DNA from: Alphaproteobacteria bacterium
GTDB lineage: Bacteria > Pseudomonadota > Alphaproteobacteria > Bin95
DNA length: 64,000 bases
NCBI GenBank assembly: GCA_964291285.2
Contig: OZ219786.1
Span: 800,001-864,000, forward strand
Direction: 5' to 3'
Made by a program: the position numbers and the translations under genes. This document shows, piece by piece, positions 1-9,457 of this stretch. Every line of letters starts with the position of its first letter. The first letter of the stretch is position 1. The notes under the pieces are model-generated. The model was not told the DNA's origin. It made no database searches and saw only the letters and a list, made by a program, of their open reading frames with translations.

Positions 1-253
1 CAATGGCGGCCTCGTCGAGGCGGGTCAGGTCGTGGCGGCCGTGCAGCAGCACCTGCCCCTCATCCGGCCGCGTCTTGCCGGTGATGACGTCCATCATCGT
101 GGACTTGCCGGCGCCGTTCGGCCCGATGACGGCCCTGAGTTCGCCCGGCTCCAGATAGAGGCTGAGCCGGTTGAGCGCCCTGAAGCCGTCGAAGCTGACG
201 GTGATCGCATCGAGATAAAGTGCGGCATTGCTGACGGAAGGATGGTCAACCAT
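1..253 (-). CDS. urtD: Urea ABC transporter ATP-binding protein, N-terminal part (runs off window start)
   Basis: Hand translation from ATG 253: MVDHPSVSNAALYLDAITVSFDGFRALN...VIGPNGAGKSTMMDVITGKTRPDEG (Walker A). Overlaps the urtC stop. Confidence 0.9.
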   Translation of the reverse strand, partial: MVDHPSVSNAALYLDAITVSFDGFRALNRLSLYLEPGELRAVIGPNGAGKSTMMDVITGKTRPDEGQVLLHGRHDLTRLDEAAI

Positions 254-1343
254 CGCCAACCTGCCTTTCCCGCCAGCGGGCGCGGAGGTTTGAAATTTCT
301 CCGAGAACACCCTTGGGAACGAACAGCGTGACGGCGATGAACAGCCCGCCGAGCACGAAGAGCCACATCTCCGGAGCGGCGCCCGTCAGGAAGCTCTTGG
401 CGTAGTTGACCAGCACCGCGCCGAGCGCCGCGCCGACCAGCGTGCCCCGGCCGCCGACCGCCACCCAGATGACGATTTCGATCGAATTGGCGGGCGAGAA
501 TTCGCCGGGGTTGATGATGCCGACCTGCGGCACATAGAGCGCGCCGGCCACGCCCGCCATCATCGCCGAGACCGTGAAGGCGAGGATCTTGTAATGCTCC
601 GGCCGGTAGCCGAGGAAGCGCGTGCGCTGCTCGGCGTCCCGGACCGCGACCAGCACGCGCCCGAACTTGCCGACCGTCATCCAGCGGCAGAGCAGGTAGC
701 CGCCGGCGAGCGCAGCGGCAGAGGCAAGCAGCAGGCCGGCCCGCATGCGCGCGTCCTTCAGGTCGAGGCCGAACAGGTCCTTGAAGTCGGTCAGGCCGTT
801 ATTGCCGCCGAAGCCCATGTCGTTGCGGAAGAAGGCGAGCATCAGCGCGAAGGTCATCGCCTGGCTGATGATCGAGAGGTAGACGCCGGTGACGCGGCTG
901 CGGAAGGTGAGCCAGCCGAACAGGAAGGCCAGCGCGCCGGGCACGACCAGGCACATCGGCAGCGCGAACCAGGCCGAATCGAAGCCGTGCCAGTACCAGG
1001 GCAGTTCCTTCCAGTCGAGGAACACCATGAAGTCGGGAAGCTCGGGGTGTCCATAGACCCCGCGTTCGCCGATCTGGCGCATCAGGTGCATGCCCATGGC
1101 ATAGCCGCCCAGCGCGAAGAACGCCCCGTGGCCGAGGCTGAGAATGCCGGCGAAGCCCCAGACGAGATCGACGCTGAGCGCCAGCAGGGCGAAGCAGAGA
1201 TATTTGCCGATCAGGCCGACCACGTAGTTCGGCACGTGCAGCGCAGTGCCTTCCGGGAACGCGAGGTTCAGCAGCGCCGCGCCGGCCGCCAGCACCGCCA
1301 GCGCCGCCAGGAAAATGCGTCCCTTGAGGTCGAGCAGGCGCAC
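246..1343 (-). CDS. urtC: Urea ABC transporter permease
   Basis: LivM-type permease with GILSLGHGAFFALGGYAMGM, LPDFMVFLDWKELPWYW and FFRNDMGFGGNNGLTDF; operon position. Confidence 0.93.
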   Translation of the reverse strand: MRLLDLKGRIFLAALAVLAAGAALLNLAFPEGTALHVPNYVVGLIGKYLCFALLALSVDLVWGFAGILSLGHGAFFALGGYAMGMHLMRQIGERGVYGHPELPDFMVFLDWKELPWYWHGFDSAWFALPMCLVVPGALAFLFGWLTFRSRVTGVYLSIISQAMTFALMLAFFRNDMGFGGNNGLTDFKDLFGLDLKDARMRAGLLLASAAALAGGYLLCRWMTVGKFGRVLVAVRDAEQRTRFLGYRPEHYKILAFTVSAMMAGVAGALYVPQVGIINPGEFSPANSIEIVIWVAVGGRGTLVGAALGAVLVNYAKSFLTGAAPEMWLFVLGGLFIAVTLFVPKGVLGEISNLRARWRERQVGDG

Positions 1344-1347
1344 GGGA

Positions 1348-3033
1348 TCAGTGCTCCGCCGCCCGCCCGCGCATGGCGAAGAGGCCCTGCGGACGGCGTT
1401 GGATGAACAGGATGAGCGCGACCAGAATGACGATCTTGCCGAGCACCGCGCCGGAGAAGGGCTCGATGAACTTGTTGACGACGCCGAGCGACATCGCGCC
1501 GACCAGCACGCCCCAGAGATTGCCGACGCCGCCGAACACGATGACCATGAAGCTGTCGACGATGTAGGCCTGGCCCAGATTGGGGCTCACATTGTCGATC
1601 TGGCTGAGCGCCACGCCGGCCATGCCCGCCACGCCCGAGCCGAGCGCGAAGGTCATCGAGTCCACCTTGCGCGAGCGGATGCCCATGGCGTTCGCCATCG
1701 GCCGGTTCTGCGTCACCGCGCGCATTTCAAGGCCGAAGCTCGTGAAGCGGATGACGGCCATGACCGCGGCCAGCACGGCGAGCGAGAACAGGATGATCCA
1801 GATGCGGTTGTAGGTGATCGCGACGCCGCCGGCGAGCTCCACGGCGCCGCTCATCCAGTCGGGATTTCCGACCTCCCGGTTGGTCGGCCCGAAGATCGTC
1901 CGGACCGCCTGGCGCAGGACGAGGCTTACGCCCCAGGTGGCGAGCAGGGTTTCCAGCGGCCGCCCGTAAAGCCACCGGATGACGGACCGTTCCAGTCCGA
2001 CGCCGAGCGCCGCTGCGGCGAGGAACGCGGCCGGCACGGCAACCGCAAGGGACAGGCCGAAAAATTCCGGCGCGAAGGTGCGGAACAGCTCCTGGACCAC
2101 GAAGGTGGCGTAGGCGCCGACCATCACCATCTCGCCATGCGCCATGTTGATGACGCCCATGACGCCGAAAGTGATCGCGAGCCCGACCGCCGCCAACAGC
2201 AGCACCGAGCCCAGGCTGATGCCCTGGAACACCGCGCCGAACTGGCGGTAGAGCTCGAGCCGGTCCTCGATCTGCTGCAGGGCGGCCCGGGCGGCCTCCC
2301 TGACGGCGCCGTCGGTCTTCGCGTCGCCGACGACCCGCCCGAGAAGCGCGCGCGCCTCCGGCGATTCGCTCGCGCCCAGCCGCTCCGCGGCCGCAATGCG
2401 CACCGGCGGCGTCGAATCCGGGCCGATATCGACCGCCGCCAGCGCAAGCTCCATGGCGGCCCGCACATCCCCGTCGGCTTCGCGCTCCAGCGCGGCGCGC
2501 AATGCCGGACGAAGGCCGGGGTCCGCGGATTTCAACAGGCCGGCCGCCGCTTCGAGCCGTACGCCGCGGTCGGCATGAGTGAGGTTGAGACCGGCGAGCG
2601 CCTTGCGGATCGCCCGTCTCAGCCGGTTGTTCACCTTGACCTTCTTCAACGATTTTGACGGCGCCGTCCCGGCCTGTTCGCCCGCGACCGGGTCGAACAG
2701 GTCGAATTCGCGGCCCCGCTTGGACACGACGAACAGCCGCTTGTCGTCCTTGCGGTAGTAGAGCTTGCCATCGACCATGGCCGAGATGACCGGCGCGGCG
2801 GCCGGATGTCCGGACGCCGCCAGCGCCTCGACGCCGGCCTGGCGCTTCCTGGCCGACTTCTCGGCCAGCAGGACGAGCGCCGCATCGAAACCCTCGGACG
2901 CGCTGCCGCCGCCGGGAGCCAGGCAGGCTCCGGCGGCGAACAGGACAAGGACCATACGGAAGATAGCGTTGCGGACCGCCAAGGCTCCACACCCCGTGTC
3001 GCGGGAAGGCTGCGGCGGCCGGAGCCGCCGCAA
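1348..3033 (-). CDS. urtB: Urea ABC transporter permease with N-terminal periplasmic HEAT-like domain
   Basis: GLAITFGVMGVINMAHGE, LYGRPLETLLATWG, IVDSFMVIVFGGVG. Start codon uncertain. Confidence 0.92.
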   Translation of the reverse strand: MRRLRPPQPSRDTGCGALAVRNAIFRMVLVLFAAGACLAPGGGSASEGFDAALVLLAEKSARKRQAGVEALAASGHPAAAPVISAMVDGKLYYRKDDKRLFVVSKRGREFDLFDPVAGEQAGTAPSKSLKKVKVNNRLRRAIRKALAGLNLTHADRGVRLEAAAGLLKSADPGLRPALRAALEREADGDVRAAMELALAAVDIGPDSTPPVRIAAAERLGASESPEARALLGRVVGDAKTDGAVREAARAALQQIEDRLELYRQFGAVFQGISLGSVLLLAAVGLAITFGVMGVINMAHGEMVMVGAYATFVVQELFRTFAPEFFGLSLAVAVPAAFLAAAALGVGLERSVIRWLYGRPLETLLATWGVSLVLRQAVRTIFGPTNREVGNPDWMSGAVELAGGVAITYNRIWIILFSLAVLAAVMAVIRFTSFGLEMRAVTQNRPMANAMGIRSRKVDSMTFALGSGVAGMAGVALSQIDNVSPNLGQAYIVDSFMVIVFGGVGNLWGVLVGAMSLGVVNKFIEPFSGAVLGKIVILVALILFIQRRPQGLFAMRGRAAEH

Positions 3034-3039
3034 TCCCGG

Positions 3040-4323
3040 TCAGAACATCGGCTTTTCGCAGTTGCCGCAGACCCAGGGATAGGTCCAGTCGGCGGTGAGC
3101 TTGGCGCTTTCCGGGATATAGTCGGACCAGGCGTCGCCCACCACCGGACCGTCGGTCTCCCAGACGACCTCGAACTGCCCGTCATCCTGCACCTCGCCGA
3201 TCAGCACCGGCTTGGAGAGGTGGTGGTTGACGTTCATCAGCGCCGTGGTGCCCGTCAGCGAGGTGACGGTCTGGCCGTACATGGCCTGCCGGACCGCATC
3301 GACATCGGTGCTGCCGGCCTGGTTCACCGCCTGCACCCACATCCTGAAGCCGATATAGTGGGCTTCCATCGGGTCATTGGTGACGCGGTCCTCATCGCCG
3401 ATGAAGGCGTGCCACTTCTCGATGAAGGCCTCGTTCTCGGGCGTCTCCACCGACATGAAGTAGTTCCACGCGGCGAGATGGCCGACCAGCGGGGCGGTAT
3501 CGATGCCGGCAAGCTCTTCCTCGCCGACGGAGAAGGCGACCACGGGCAGGTCCTCGGCCATTACGCCCTGGTTGGCGAGCTCCTTGTAGAAAGGCACATT
3601 GGCGTCGCCGTTGATCGTCGAGACGATGGCGGTCTTCTTGCCCTCGCTCGCAAACGCGCGGACCTTCGAGACGATCGTCTGCCAGTCGGAATGCCCGAAG
3701 GGCGTGTATTCCTCGAGGATGTCATCGTCGGAAATCCCCTTGGAATGCAGGAAGGCGCGCAGGATCTTGTTGGTCGTGCGCGGATAGACATAGTCGGTGC
3801 CGAGCAGGGCGAAACGCTCGGCGCCGCCGCCGTCCTCGCTCATCAGGTATTCGACGGCCGGGATCGCCTGCTGGTTCGGCGCCGCGCCTGTATAGAAGAC
3901 ATTGCGGGAGGACTCTTCGCCCTCATACTGCACCGGGTAGAACAGGAGCCCGTTCAGTTCCTCGAACACCGGCAGCACCGACTTGCGGCTGACCGAGGTC
4001 CAGCAGCCGAAGATAACGGCGACCTTTTCCTTTTCGATCAGTTCGCGCGCCTTCTCGGCGAAGAGCGGCCAGTCCGACGCCGGATCGACCACGACCGGCT
4101 CCACCTGCTTGCCGAGCAGGCCGCCACTCTTGTTGACGTCGTCGATGAGCATCAGCATGGCGTCCTTCAGCGTCGTCTCGCTGATCGCCATCGTGCCCGA
4201 AAGGGAATGCAGGATCCCCACCTTGATCGTCTCGGCCATGGCCGGCACCGCCGACACCATTGCCGCTCCGGCGAAAAGGCCGGCCGCCGCAAGGTTCCGA
4301 ATACGGCTCATCATCGTGTTCAT
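3040..4323 (-). CDS. urtA: Urea ABC transporter substrate-binding protein
   Basis: IKVGILHSLSGTMAISE, FGCWTSVSRKSVLPVFE, YPVQYEG. Signal peptide follows ATG 4323. Confidence 0.95.
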   Translation of the reverse strand: MNTMMSRIRNLAAAGLFAGAAMVSAVPAMAETIKVGILHSLSGTMAISETTLKDAMLMLIDDVNKSGGLLGKQVEPVVVDPASDWPLFAEKARELIEKEKVAVIFGCWTSVSRKSVLPVFEELNGLLFYPVQYEGEESSRNVFYTGAAPNQQAIPAVEYLMSEDGGGAERFALLGTDYVYPRTTNKILRAFLHSKGISDDDILEEYTPFGHSDWQTIVSKVRAFASEGKKTAIVSTINGDANVPFYKELANQGVMAEDLPVVAFSVGEEELAGIDTAPLVGHLAAWNYFMSVETPENEAFIEKWHAFIGDEDRVTNDPMEAHYIGFRMWVQAVNQAGSTDVDAVRQAMYGQTVTSLTGTTALMNVNHHLSKPVLIGEVQDDGQFEVVWETDGPVVGDAWSDYIPESAKLTADWTYPWVCGNCEKPMF

Positions 4324-4365
4324 CGCGTTTCGACTCCACGCACAGGTTTGCACTGCAACATGAAA

Positions 4366-4382
4366 AGCAAGCCGCATGCCAA
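4366..4382 (-). promoter_or_regulatory. Sigma54 (-24/-12) promoter of the urt operon
   Basis: Minus strand TTGGCATGCGGCTTGCT = GG-N10-GC, matching YTGGCAC-N5-TTGCW, about 40 bp upstream of the urtA ATG. Confidence 0.85.
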
Positions 4383-4467
4383 ACTCCGGAAGCGGGCGCC
4401 GGAACCGGTGGAGCAGTGTTCCCGAGAGCAGCAAAGACTGATTTTCAGGCGGCCGCTCCGTAAAATT

Positions 4468-4484
4468 TGCTTAATATATAGGCA
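4468..4484. promoter_or_regulatory. Putative NtrC-type enhancer site
   Basis: TGCTTAATATATAGGCA (TGC-N11-GCA, AT-rich core) about 90 bp upstream of the sigma54 promoter; a weaker second site follows (AGACAAAAATTAGGCG). Confidence 0.65.
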
Positions 4485-4511
4485 GAGACAAAAATTAGGC
4501 GATTCTGGAAC

Positions 4512-4868
4512 TCACCAGCGGCGCCAGGCTTCCACCGCCAGCGCCACGGCGACGGTCCAGGCGAGGGCGGCGGCGATGCGGAACGCCCACTGCACCCGGC
4601 GCGGCCAGCGGCGAATGGTCCTGCGGCTCCAGTAAAGCAGGGGAATGCACCAGGGCGCCGCCCAGCTTACCGCGATGGCGGCCGGCCATCGGGCCTCCTC
4701 CGGCGCGGGCGCGCCGAAGAAGAACCGGGTCACGGCGTCGGAGACGAGGGCGCCCGGGATCGAGAGCATGACGAGGCCGAACAGGAATCCCAGCCCCAGC
4801 GCCACGAGCAGCACATAGCAGCGCGGCGAGAAGACGAAGAGCAGAATGCGGAACCAGAGGTCGTTCAT
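4512..4868 (-). CDS. Small hypothetical membrane protein
   Basis: ATG 4868 preceded by GAGGG; MNDLWFRILLFVF... with about 3 hydrophobic segments. Confidence 0.6.
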   Translation of the reverse strand: MNDLWFRILLFVFSPRCYVLLVALGLGFLFGLVMLSIPGALVSDAVTRFFFGAPAPEEARWPAAIAVSWAAPWCIPLLYWSRRTIRRWPRRVQWAFRIAAALAWTVAVALAVEAWRRW

Positions 4869-5562
4869 GCCGCCCTCTCGGCTTGCGGCGCGGGGCCGGC
4901 TGCGGCATGAGTCGGGGCAATGGAGCATCGGAGGCCTGTCCCATGACGCCCGAACGCATTCTGGCCGAACCGCCGCGGGTCCTGCCGCAACAGGCGCGCA
5001 TCGACTATTTCGAGAAGGGTTTCGCGCTGGTCGAGGATGCGGTGCCGGAAGTATGGATCGACCGGCTGCTGGCGGTCACCGGGCGCATGGTGCAGGCGAG
5101 CCGTTCGGAGCGGGAGGCGGGGCATGTCTTTGACATCGCTCCCGAACACGGCCCGGACAATCCCCGCGTGCGCCGCATCAAGCGCCCGGACGAGCAGGAC
5201 GAAGCCTATTGGGCCTTCGTGCAGGAAGTGCTGGCCGATATTGCGGCCGACCTGCTGGGCCCGGATGTCGTGTTCCACCATTCCAAGCTGAATTTCAAAT
5301 GGTTCGAGGGCGGCGACGAGGTGCAGTGGCACCAGGATATCCAGTTCTATCCGCACACCAATTACGACCACCTGACCATCGGCGCCTATCTCGCCGATAC
5401 CGGCCCCGAGAACGGGCCCATGTCGATGCTGCCGCAGAGCCACAGGGGACCGCTTTACGACCTTTACGCGCCGGACGGCAACTGGGCAGGGCACCTGCGG
5501 GCTGTTAGCGACGGTTACAGAGCGCGCCTATTCGCTGACATTTTTCGGCCGGTTGCGGTTTT

Positions 5563-6435
5563 TCAGTTGATCTGTTGGTCATCGGTTTCGATTGGTTCGC
5601 CGGCTCGGTCGCGGATGAGCATGTCGTTCCAGTCCCGGTTGTCGAGTGCGGGTCGCAGCCGGACGATTCTGGTGTCGTTGCGGGCGAGGCGCCTTGCGGC
5701 GTGATCGCCGTTTGTGGTGGCGTCGTATGCACAGAAGATGAGGCGCGGGTTCCATGCCTCGATCCATTTGGGGACTTTGGTGGCGACGGCGCCGGTGGAG
5801 ACGGTGGCGCATTCGGTGCGTTTTACCGGGCCGAGGTGGAGGGAGAGGATGGAGAGTGCGTCGAGGGCGTTGCCGGCCAGGATGACGGCGTGTGGCCATT
5901 CGGTCTCCCAGGACATCCAGAAGCCGCCGCCCGCGGTCGTTTTGCGGTCAGCGGTGACGGTTTCGATGCCGGTAGCCTCGCCGGCGGCGTTTCGGCGGAC
6001 GAACACGGGGTTGCCGTGAGGGTCGGCATGGACCAGGCCGAGGTCGCGGCACAGGATGACGAGCGCGTCCGCGAGGCCGCGCCGCTCGACGAGGTATCGC
6101 CGGAGGTTGGGCCAGCGGGGGTCCTTGGCCGGCGCCTGCCGGCGGCCGCCTGGGGGCATTGAGAGGTCGGACAGTTCGGCGAGGAAGTCGATGGCGTCCG
6201 GCGGGGTGCATCCGAGCGCATGGACCGCCAGTTCGATAGCCCCGGCTCCCTCCTCTGCGCGCAGATGGTCGTAGAACATGAAGCGGTTGATGGAGAGGAC
6301 CGATCCTGGCCGTCTCCAGCGCACGGCATTGTCGGGATCGCTGCGGTAGCCGAGGGCTCGGGCGACGGGTTCGAGGGGATAGCCCCGCAGGCTCTCGGCC
6401 CGCACCCGCCGCTCGCGGGGGCGGGAGGGATGCAT
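5563..6435 (-). CDS. Primase-like DUF3991/Toprim-domain protein with degenerate acidic motifs
   Basis: GAIELAVHALGC...AIDFL, RRYLVERRGL, GNALDALS, VSTGA, CAYDATTNGD and RLRP...DWNDML. ATG is 2 nt after the istB stop. Confidence 0.75.
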   Translation of the reverse strand: MHPSRPRERRVRAESLRGYPLEPVARALGYRSDPDNAVRWRRPGSVLSINRFMFYDHLRAEEGAGAIELAVHALGCTPPDAIDFLAELSDLSMPPGGRRQAPAKDPRWPNLRRYLVERRGLADALVILCRDLGLVHADPHGNPVFVRRNAAGEATGIETVTADRKTTAGGGFWMSWETEWPHAVILAGNALDALSILSLHLGPVKRTECATVSTGAVATKVPKWIEAWNPRLIFCAYDATTNGDHAARRLARNDTRIVRLRPALDNRDWNDMLIRDRAGEPIETDDQQIN

Positions 6436-6437
6436 GG

Positions 6438-7232
6438 CTATGGCGACGGGACCGGGTTCGCCTTTCCAGTGCTTTGCCCGGCTTTCGGTCCGCGCCGGCG
6501 GCGGCGTTCGGCGCTGCGCTGCTTCTGACGTTCCTCGGCTTCCTTGCGGCGCCAGGAGTCGCCGTCGATGGCGACGATCTCGGCGTTGTGGACGAGCCGG
6601 TCGACGAGGGCGACCAGGCAGGCGGCGTTTGGGAAGGCCTCGCTCCACTCGGCGAAGGGGCGGTTCGTGGTGATTATGGTTGAGTTCTGCTGGCTGCGGC
6701 TTGAGACGATGTTGAACAGCAGGTCGGCGTGGCGGTTGGAGTAGGAGAGATATCCGACTTCGTCGATGACCAGCAGGTGCTGTCGGGCGTAGAAGCGCAG
6801 CCTGCGCTGGAGCAGGGTGTCGGAGTCGATGGCGGCGAGTTCGCCGAGCAGGCTGGCGGCGGTTGCGAAGCGCACGATGTGGCCTTCGAGGACGGCGCGG
6901 TGGGCGATATTGGCGGCGATGGTGGACTTTCCGACGCCGTTGGGTCCGACCAGTACGAGGTTTGCGGCCTCCTTGAGGAAGTCGAGGGTCATGAGGTCCT
7001 CGACGGCCATGCGGTCGCAGCGCCTTGGCCAGTCCCAGTCGAAGTCTGCGAGCGGCTTGAACTGTCCGAGGCGGGCGTCGGCGAGGCGGCGTTTGAGGCT
7101 TCGGGCGCGCTTCTCATCTTCTTCCCACGCGATCAGGGAGGCGAGCCAGTCGCGCTCCGCGACTTCGCCCCAATGGGCGAGGAGGCCGTGCAGGCCCAGC
7201 GCGCGGGCGCGGTTCATGAGGGTGTCGGTCAT
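6438..7232 (-). CDS. istB: IS21 helper AAA+ ATPase
   Basis: LADFDWDW, Walker A GPNGVGKS, Walker B LLVIDEVGY, TTNRPFAEW, DRLVH. Confidence 0.96.
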   Translation of the reverse strand: MTDTLMNRARALGLHGLLAHWGEVAERDWLASLIAWEEDEKRARSLKRRLADARLGQFKPLADFDWDWPRRCDRMAVEDLMTLDFLKEAANLVLVGPNGVGKSTIAANIAHRAVLEGHIVRFATAASLLGELAAIDSDTLLQRRLRFYARQHLLVIDEVGYLSYSNRHADLLFNIVSSRSQQNSTIITTNRPFAEWSEAFPNAACLVALVDRLVHNAEIVAIDGDSWRRKEAEERQKQRSAERRRRRGPKAGQSTGKANPVPSP

Positions 7233-8734
7233 TCTTCGCTGTCCTTTTCATGGTAGCCGGCCAGCCCGTCGTATCCGCCGAGATCGTGATCGCGCACGGC
7301 GATGTCGCGCACGCGCGGGTCCCTGGGCAGGTCGATGGGGATCGGCGGCGGCCTGTCCTGCAGTTCGCGCCGCCGTGTGAGGCTGAGGCGCACGGCATTG
7401 GGATGGGGGACGCCGCGTTCGAGGGCCTCGTCGATGGCGGCTTCGAGCTCGGCGGCGCCGTATTGGTCGAGCAGGCGCAGCAGGGCGGCGACGGTGGCGC
7501 CGATATAAGCGCCGCGGGGGGCGGCCTCGGCGATCAGGCGCTCGCTGTTGGGCGCGGCCTGGAGCAGCCGGCTCTGCCCGCGCAGGCTGCGGGCGTGACG
7601 CTTGCGCCTGACCAGCTCCTCAATGTGTTCGGGGTTCTCGATGCGGGCCGCCTTGTCGAAGCTGCGCGGATGGCGGGCGATGACCTCCATGCCGTCGAGG
7701 ATGCGCACCTCTTCCAGCGTCGCGGCCACGGTGAGGGTGCGCCGGACATGGGTATGCGGGACGCTGTAGTCATTGAGGTCGAACCTGGCATAGGGGGTCT
7801 TGGCGATCCTGACCTCGACCCTCTCGTCGACGGGGGGACGGTCGTCGGGCAGCGCCATCAGGGAGCCGCGCTCGCGCTCGAAGGCCTCGCTCACGGTGAG
7901 GGAGCGGTCGTCCGGCCAGGGGCGGTCGGCGGCGACGCCCTCGCACCACTCCCGGGCCTGGGCGTTGAGATCGTCGAGGTCACGCCAGGCGCGGGCGGCG
8001 AAGAAGCTGTCGCGCACATAGCGTATGGCCCGCTCGACGCGGCCCTTCTCGTTGCCTCGGGCGACCGCGACCGGCTTCGGCAGGAAGCGGTAGGCGCCTG
8101 CGAAGTCGAGAAGCCGGGGATTGAAGCGGATGGCGTCGCCGCGCCGCTCCAGCACGACGCTCTTCAGATTGTCGTACCAGAGCTCGCGGGGCACGCCCTG
8201 CCAAGCCTCGAAGGCCTCGACATGGCCGCGCAGGAAGTTGTCCATCCCGGCGTTGAGGTAGAAGCGCAGGAAGAGGCGGCGCGAGTGGCCGAGCACCATC
8301 ACGAAGGCCATCAGCGGGCGCTCCGCACGCCCGATCCTCACCTTGCCGAAGTGGGCCCAGTCGACCTGGGCCTGCTCGCCGGGCAGGGCCTTGAGGCGCA
8401 GATAGGCCTCGGCCACCGGCCGCGGACGCTCGGGCGCGATCATGCGCCGGAAGTGGCTCTCGCACCCCCGGTAACCGCGCTCGACCGCCATCCGGTAGAG
8501 CCGGCTGGAGGGCAACTTCGGCCAGACCGCCAGGGTCTGGCGGACGAAGGGCAGGAACGGATCGATCATCGAAGATCTGCGCCGCTTCTCAGGCGTGGGC
8601 GCCCCGGCGGCCGCCACCGCGCGCTCGACCGTGCCGTGGTGGACGCCGAGCTGGCGCGCGATCGTGCCGATCCGCCACTTCTCGGCAAAATACAGCCGCA
8701 GGATCTCGGCCCGGGTCTGCTGGTCGATCGCCAT
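7229..8734 (-). CDS. istA: IS21 DDE transposase
   Basis: N-terminal HTH, PGEQAQVDWAH, YDNLKS, KGRVERAIRYVR, NDYSVP; ATGA overlap with istB. Confidence 0.96.
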   Translation of the reverse strand: MAIDQQTRAEILRLYFAEKWRIGTIARQLGVHHGTVERAVAAAGAPTPEKRRRSSMIDPFLPFVRQTLAVWPKLPSSRLYRMAVERGYRGCESHFRRMIAPERPRPVAEAYLRLKALPGEQAQVDWAHFGKVRIGRAERPLMAFVMVLGHSRRLFLRFYLNAGMDNFLRGHVEAFEAWQGVPRELWYDNLKSVVLERRGDAIRFNPRLLDFAGAYRFLPKPVAVARGNEKGRVERAIRYVRDSFFAARAWRDLDDLNAQAREWCEGVAADRPWPDDRSLTVSEAFERERGSLMALPDDRPPVDERVEVRIAKTPYARFDLNDYSVPHTHVRRTLTVAATLEEVRILDGMEVIARHPRSFDKAARIENPEHIEELVRRKRHARSLRGQSRLLQAAPNSERLIAEAAPRGAYIGATVAALLRLLDQYGAAELEAAIDEALERGVPHPNAVRLSLTRRRELQDRPPPIPIDLPRDPRVRDIAVRDHDLGGYDGLAGYHEKDSEE

Positions 8735-8735
8735 C

Positions 8736-9170
8736 TCACTCCCTTCGCGCCGGGCGCAGGCCCGGATAGACCGCCCGGGCGCAGAACCGCCCGCAGTGAT
8801 CGCAGCGGAACACTCCGGCGGGACGGTCGGGTCCGAAGGGCCTCCTTCCCGAGCGCCCCGCCGGCATGCCCGCCACAACAGGACGGCGCGGTGAACGGGT
8901 CAAAGGGTGATGCGTCACTTTCTGCGCACGGCGCCCCTCCTCAGGCGCACGGACGCGACGGCGCTCGCGGTAGCGCCGCTGGCGTTCGGCATGCTTGTGA
9001 CGGCCCCGCCGGCTGTTCTGGTAGCGACGCCCGGCAAGGCGCAGCGAGCGCCGCCGCGCCCGGCCGCTGCACGGACGCGAGCAGTAGATGTTGCCGTGGT
9101 CGCACCGCCGGCACAGCACAACCTGGCGATGGCACGAAGCGCAGGTGAACAGGCGGGCGGCGTTCCTCAT
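8736..9170 (-). CDS. Cys-rich, Arg-rich putative Zn-finger protein upstream of istA
   Basis: C-x2-C-x6-C-x2-C-x6-C-x3-C, basic helix and C-terminal C-x2-C-x3-C. Its TGA is 1 nt before the istA ATG. Confidence 0.75.
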   Translation of the reverse strand: MRNAARLFTCASCHRQVVLCRRCDHGNIYCSRPCSGRARRRSLRLAGRRYQNSRRGRHKHAERQRRYRERRRVRAPEEGRRAQKVTHHPLTRSPRRPVVAGMPAGRSGRRPFGPDRPAGVFRCDHCGRFCARAVYPGLRPARRE

Positions 9171-9400
9171 CGCAAAGACCGATGAGAACGGGGTGGACCC
9201 ACGCCCGAACGCCTACGATACTGCGCATACGGGCCGTGCCTTGCATGGCTCGGGGGGTGCGGCGCCGGTCGTTGCCACCTAGCAAACGGGGCCGGCGCCG
9301 CATCGTTCTCAGCAGCCCCAGTCTACCCCCTCGCGCAGCCCGGCGACCCCCGCCGACAGCGCCAGGACACCCTCCCCTCGGCAGGCGAAAATATCAACGC

Positions 9401-9457
9401 GACGGGGGCCGGCGACTCCAGTCGGGCTACGCCCTCCTTCCGTCCCAGGCCCCCGTC
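9401..9457. repeat. Nested hairpin in the non-coding end of the IS21 element
   Basis: Perfect 10-bp stem GACGGGGGCC/GGCCCCCGTC enclosing a GGGC-TAC-GCCC mini-hairpin. Confidence 0.8.

Noticed and set aside
4883-5704. 273-aa ORF as an intact dioxygenase
   Set aside because: Its C-terminus after GHLRA is read-through into the IS end; the true C-terminus lies at 9558-9888.
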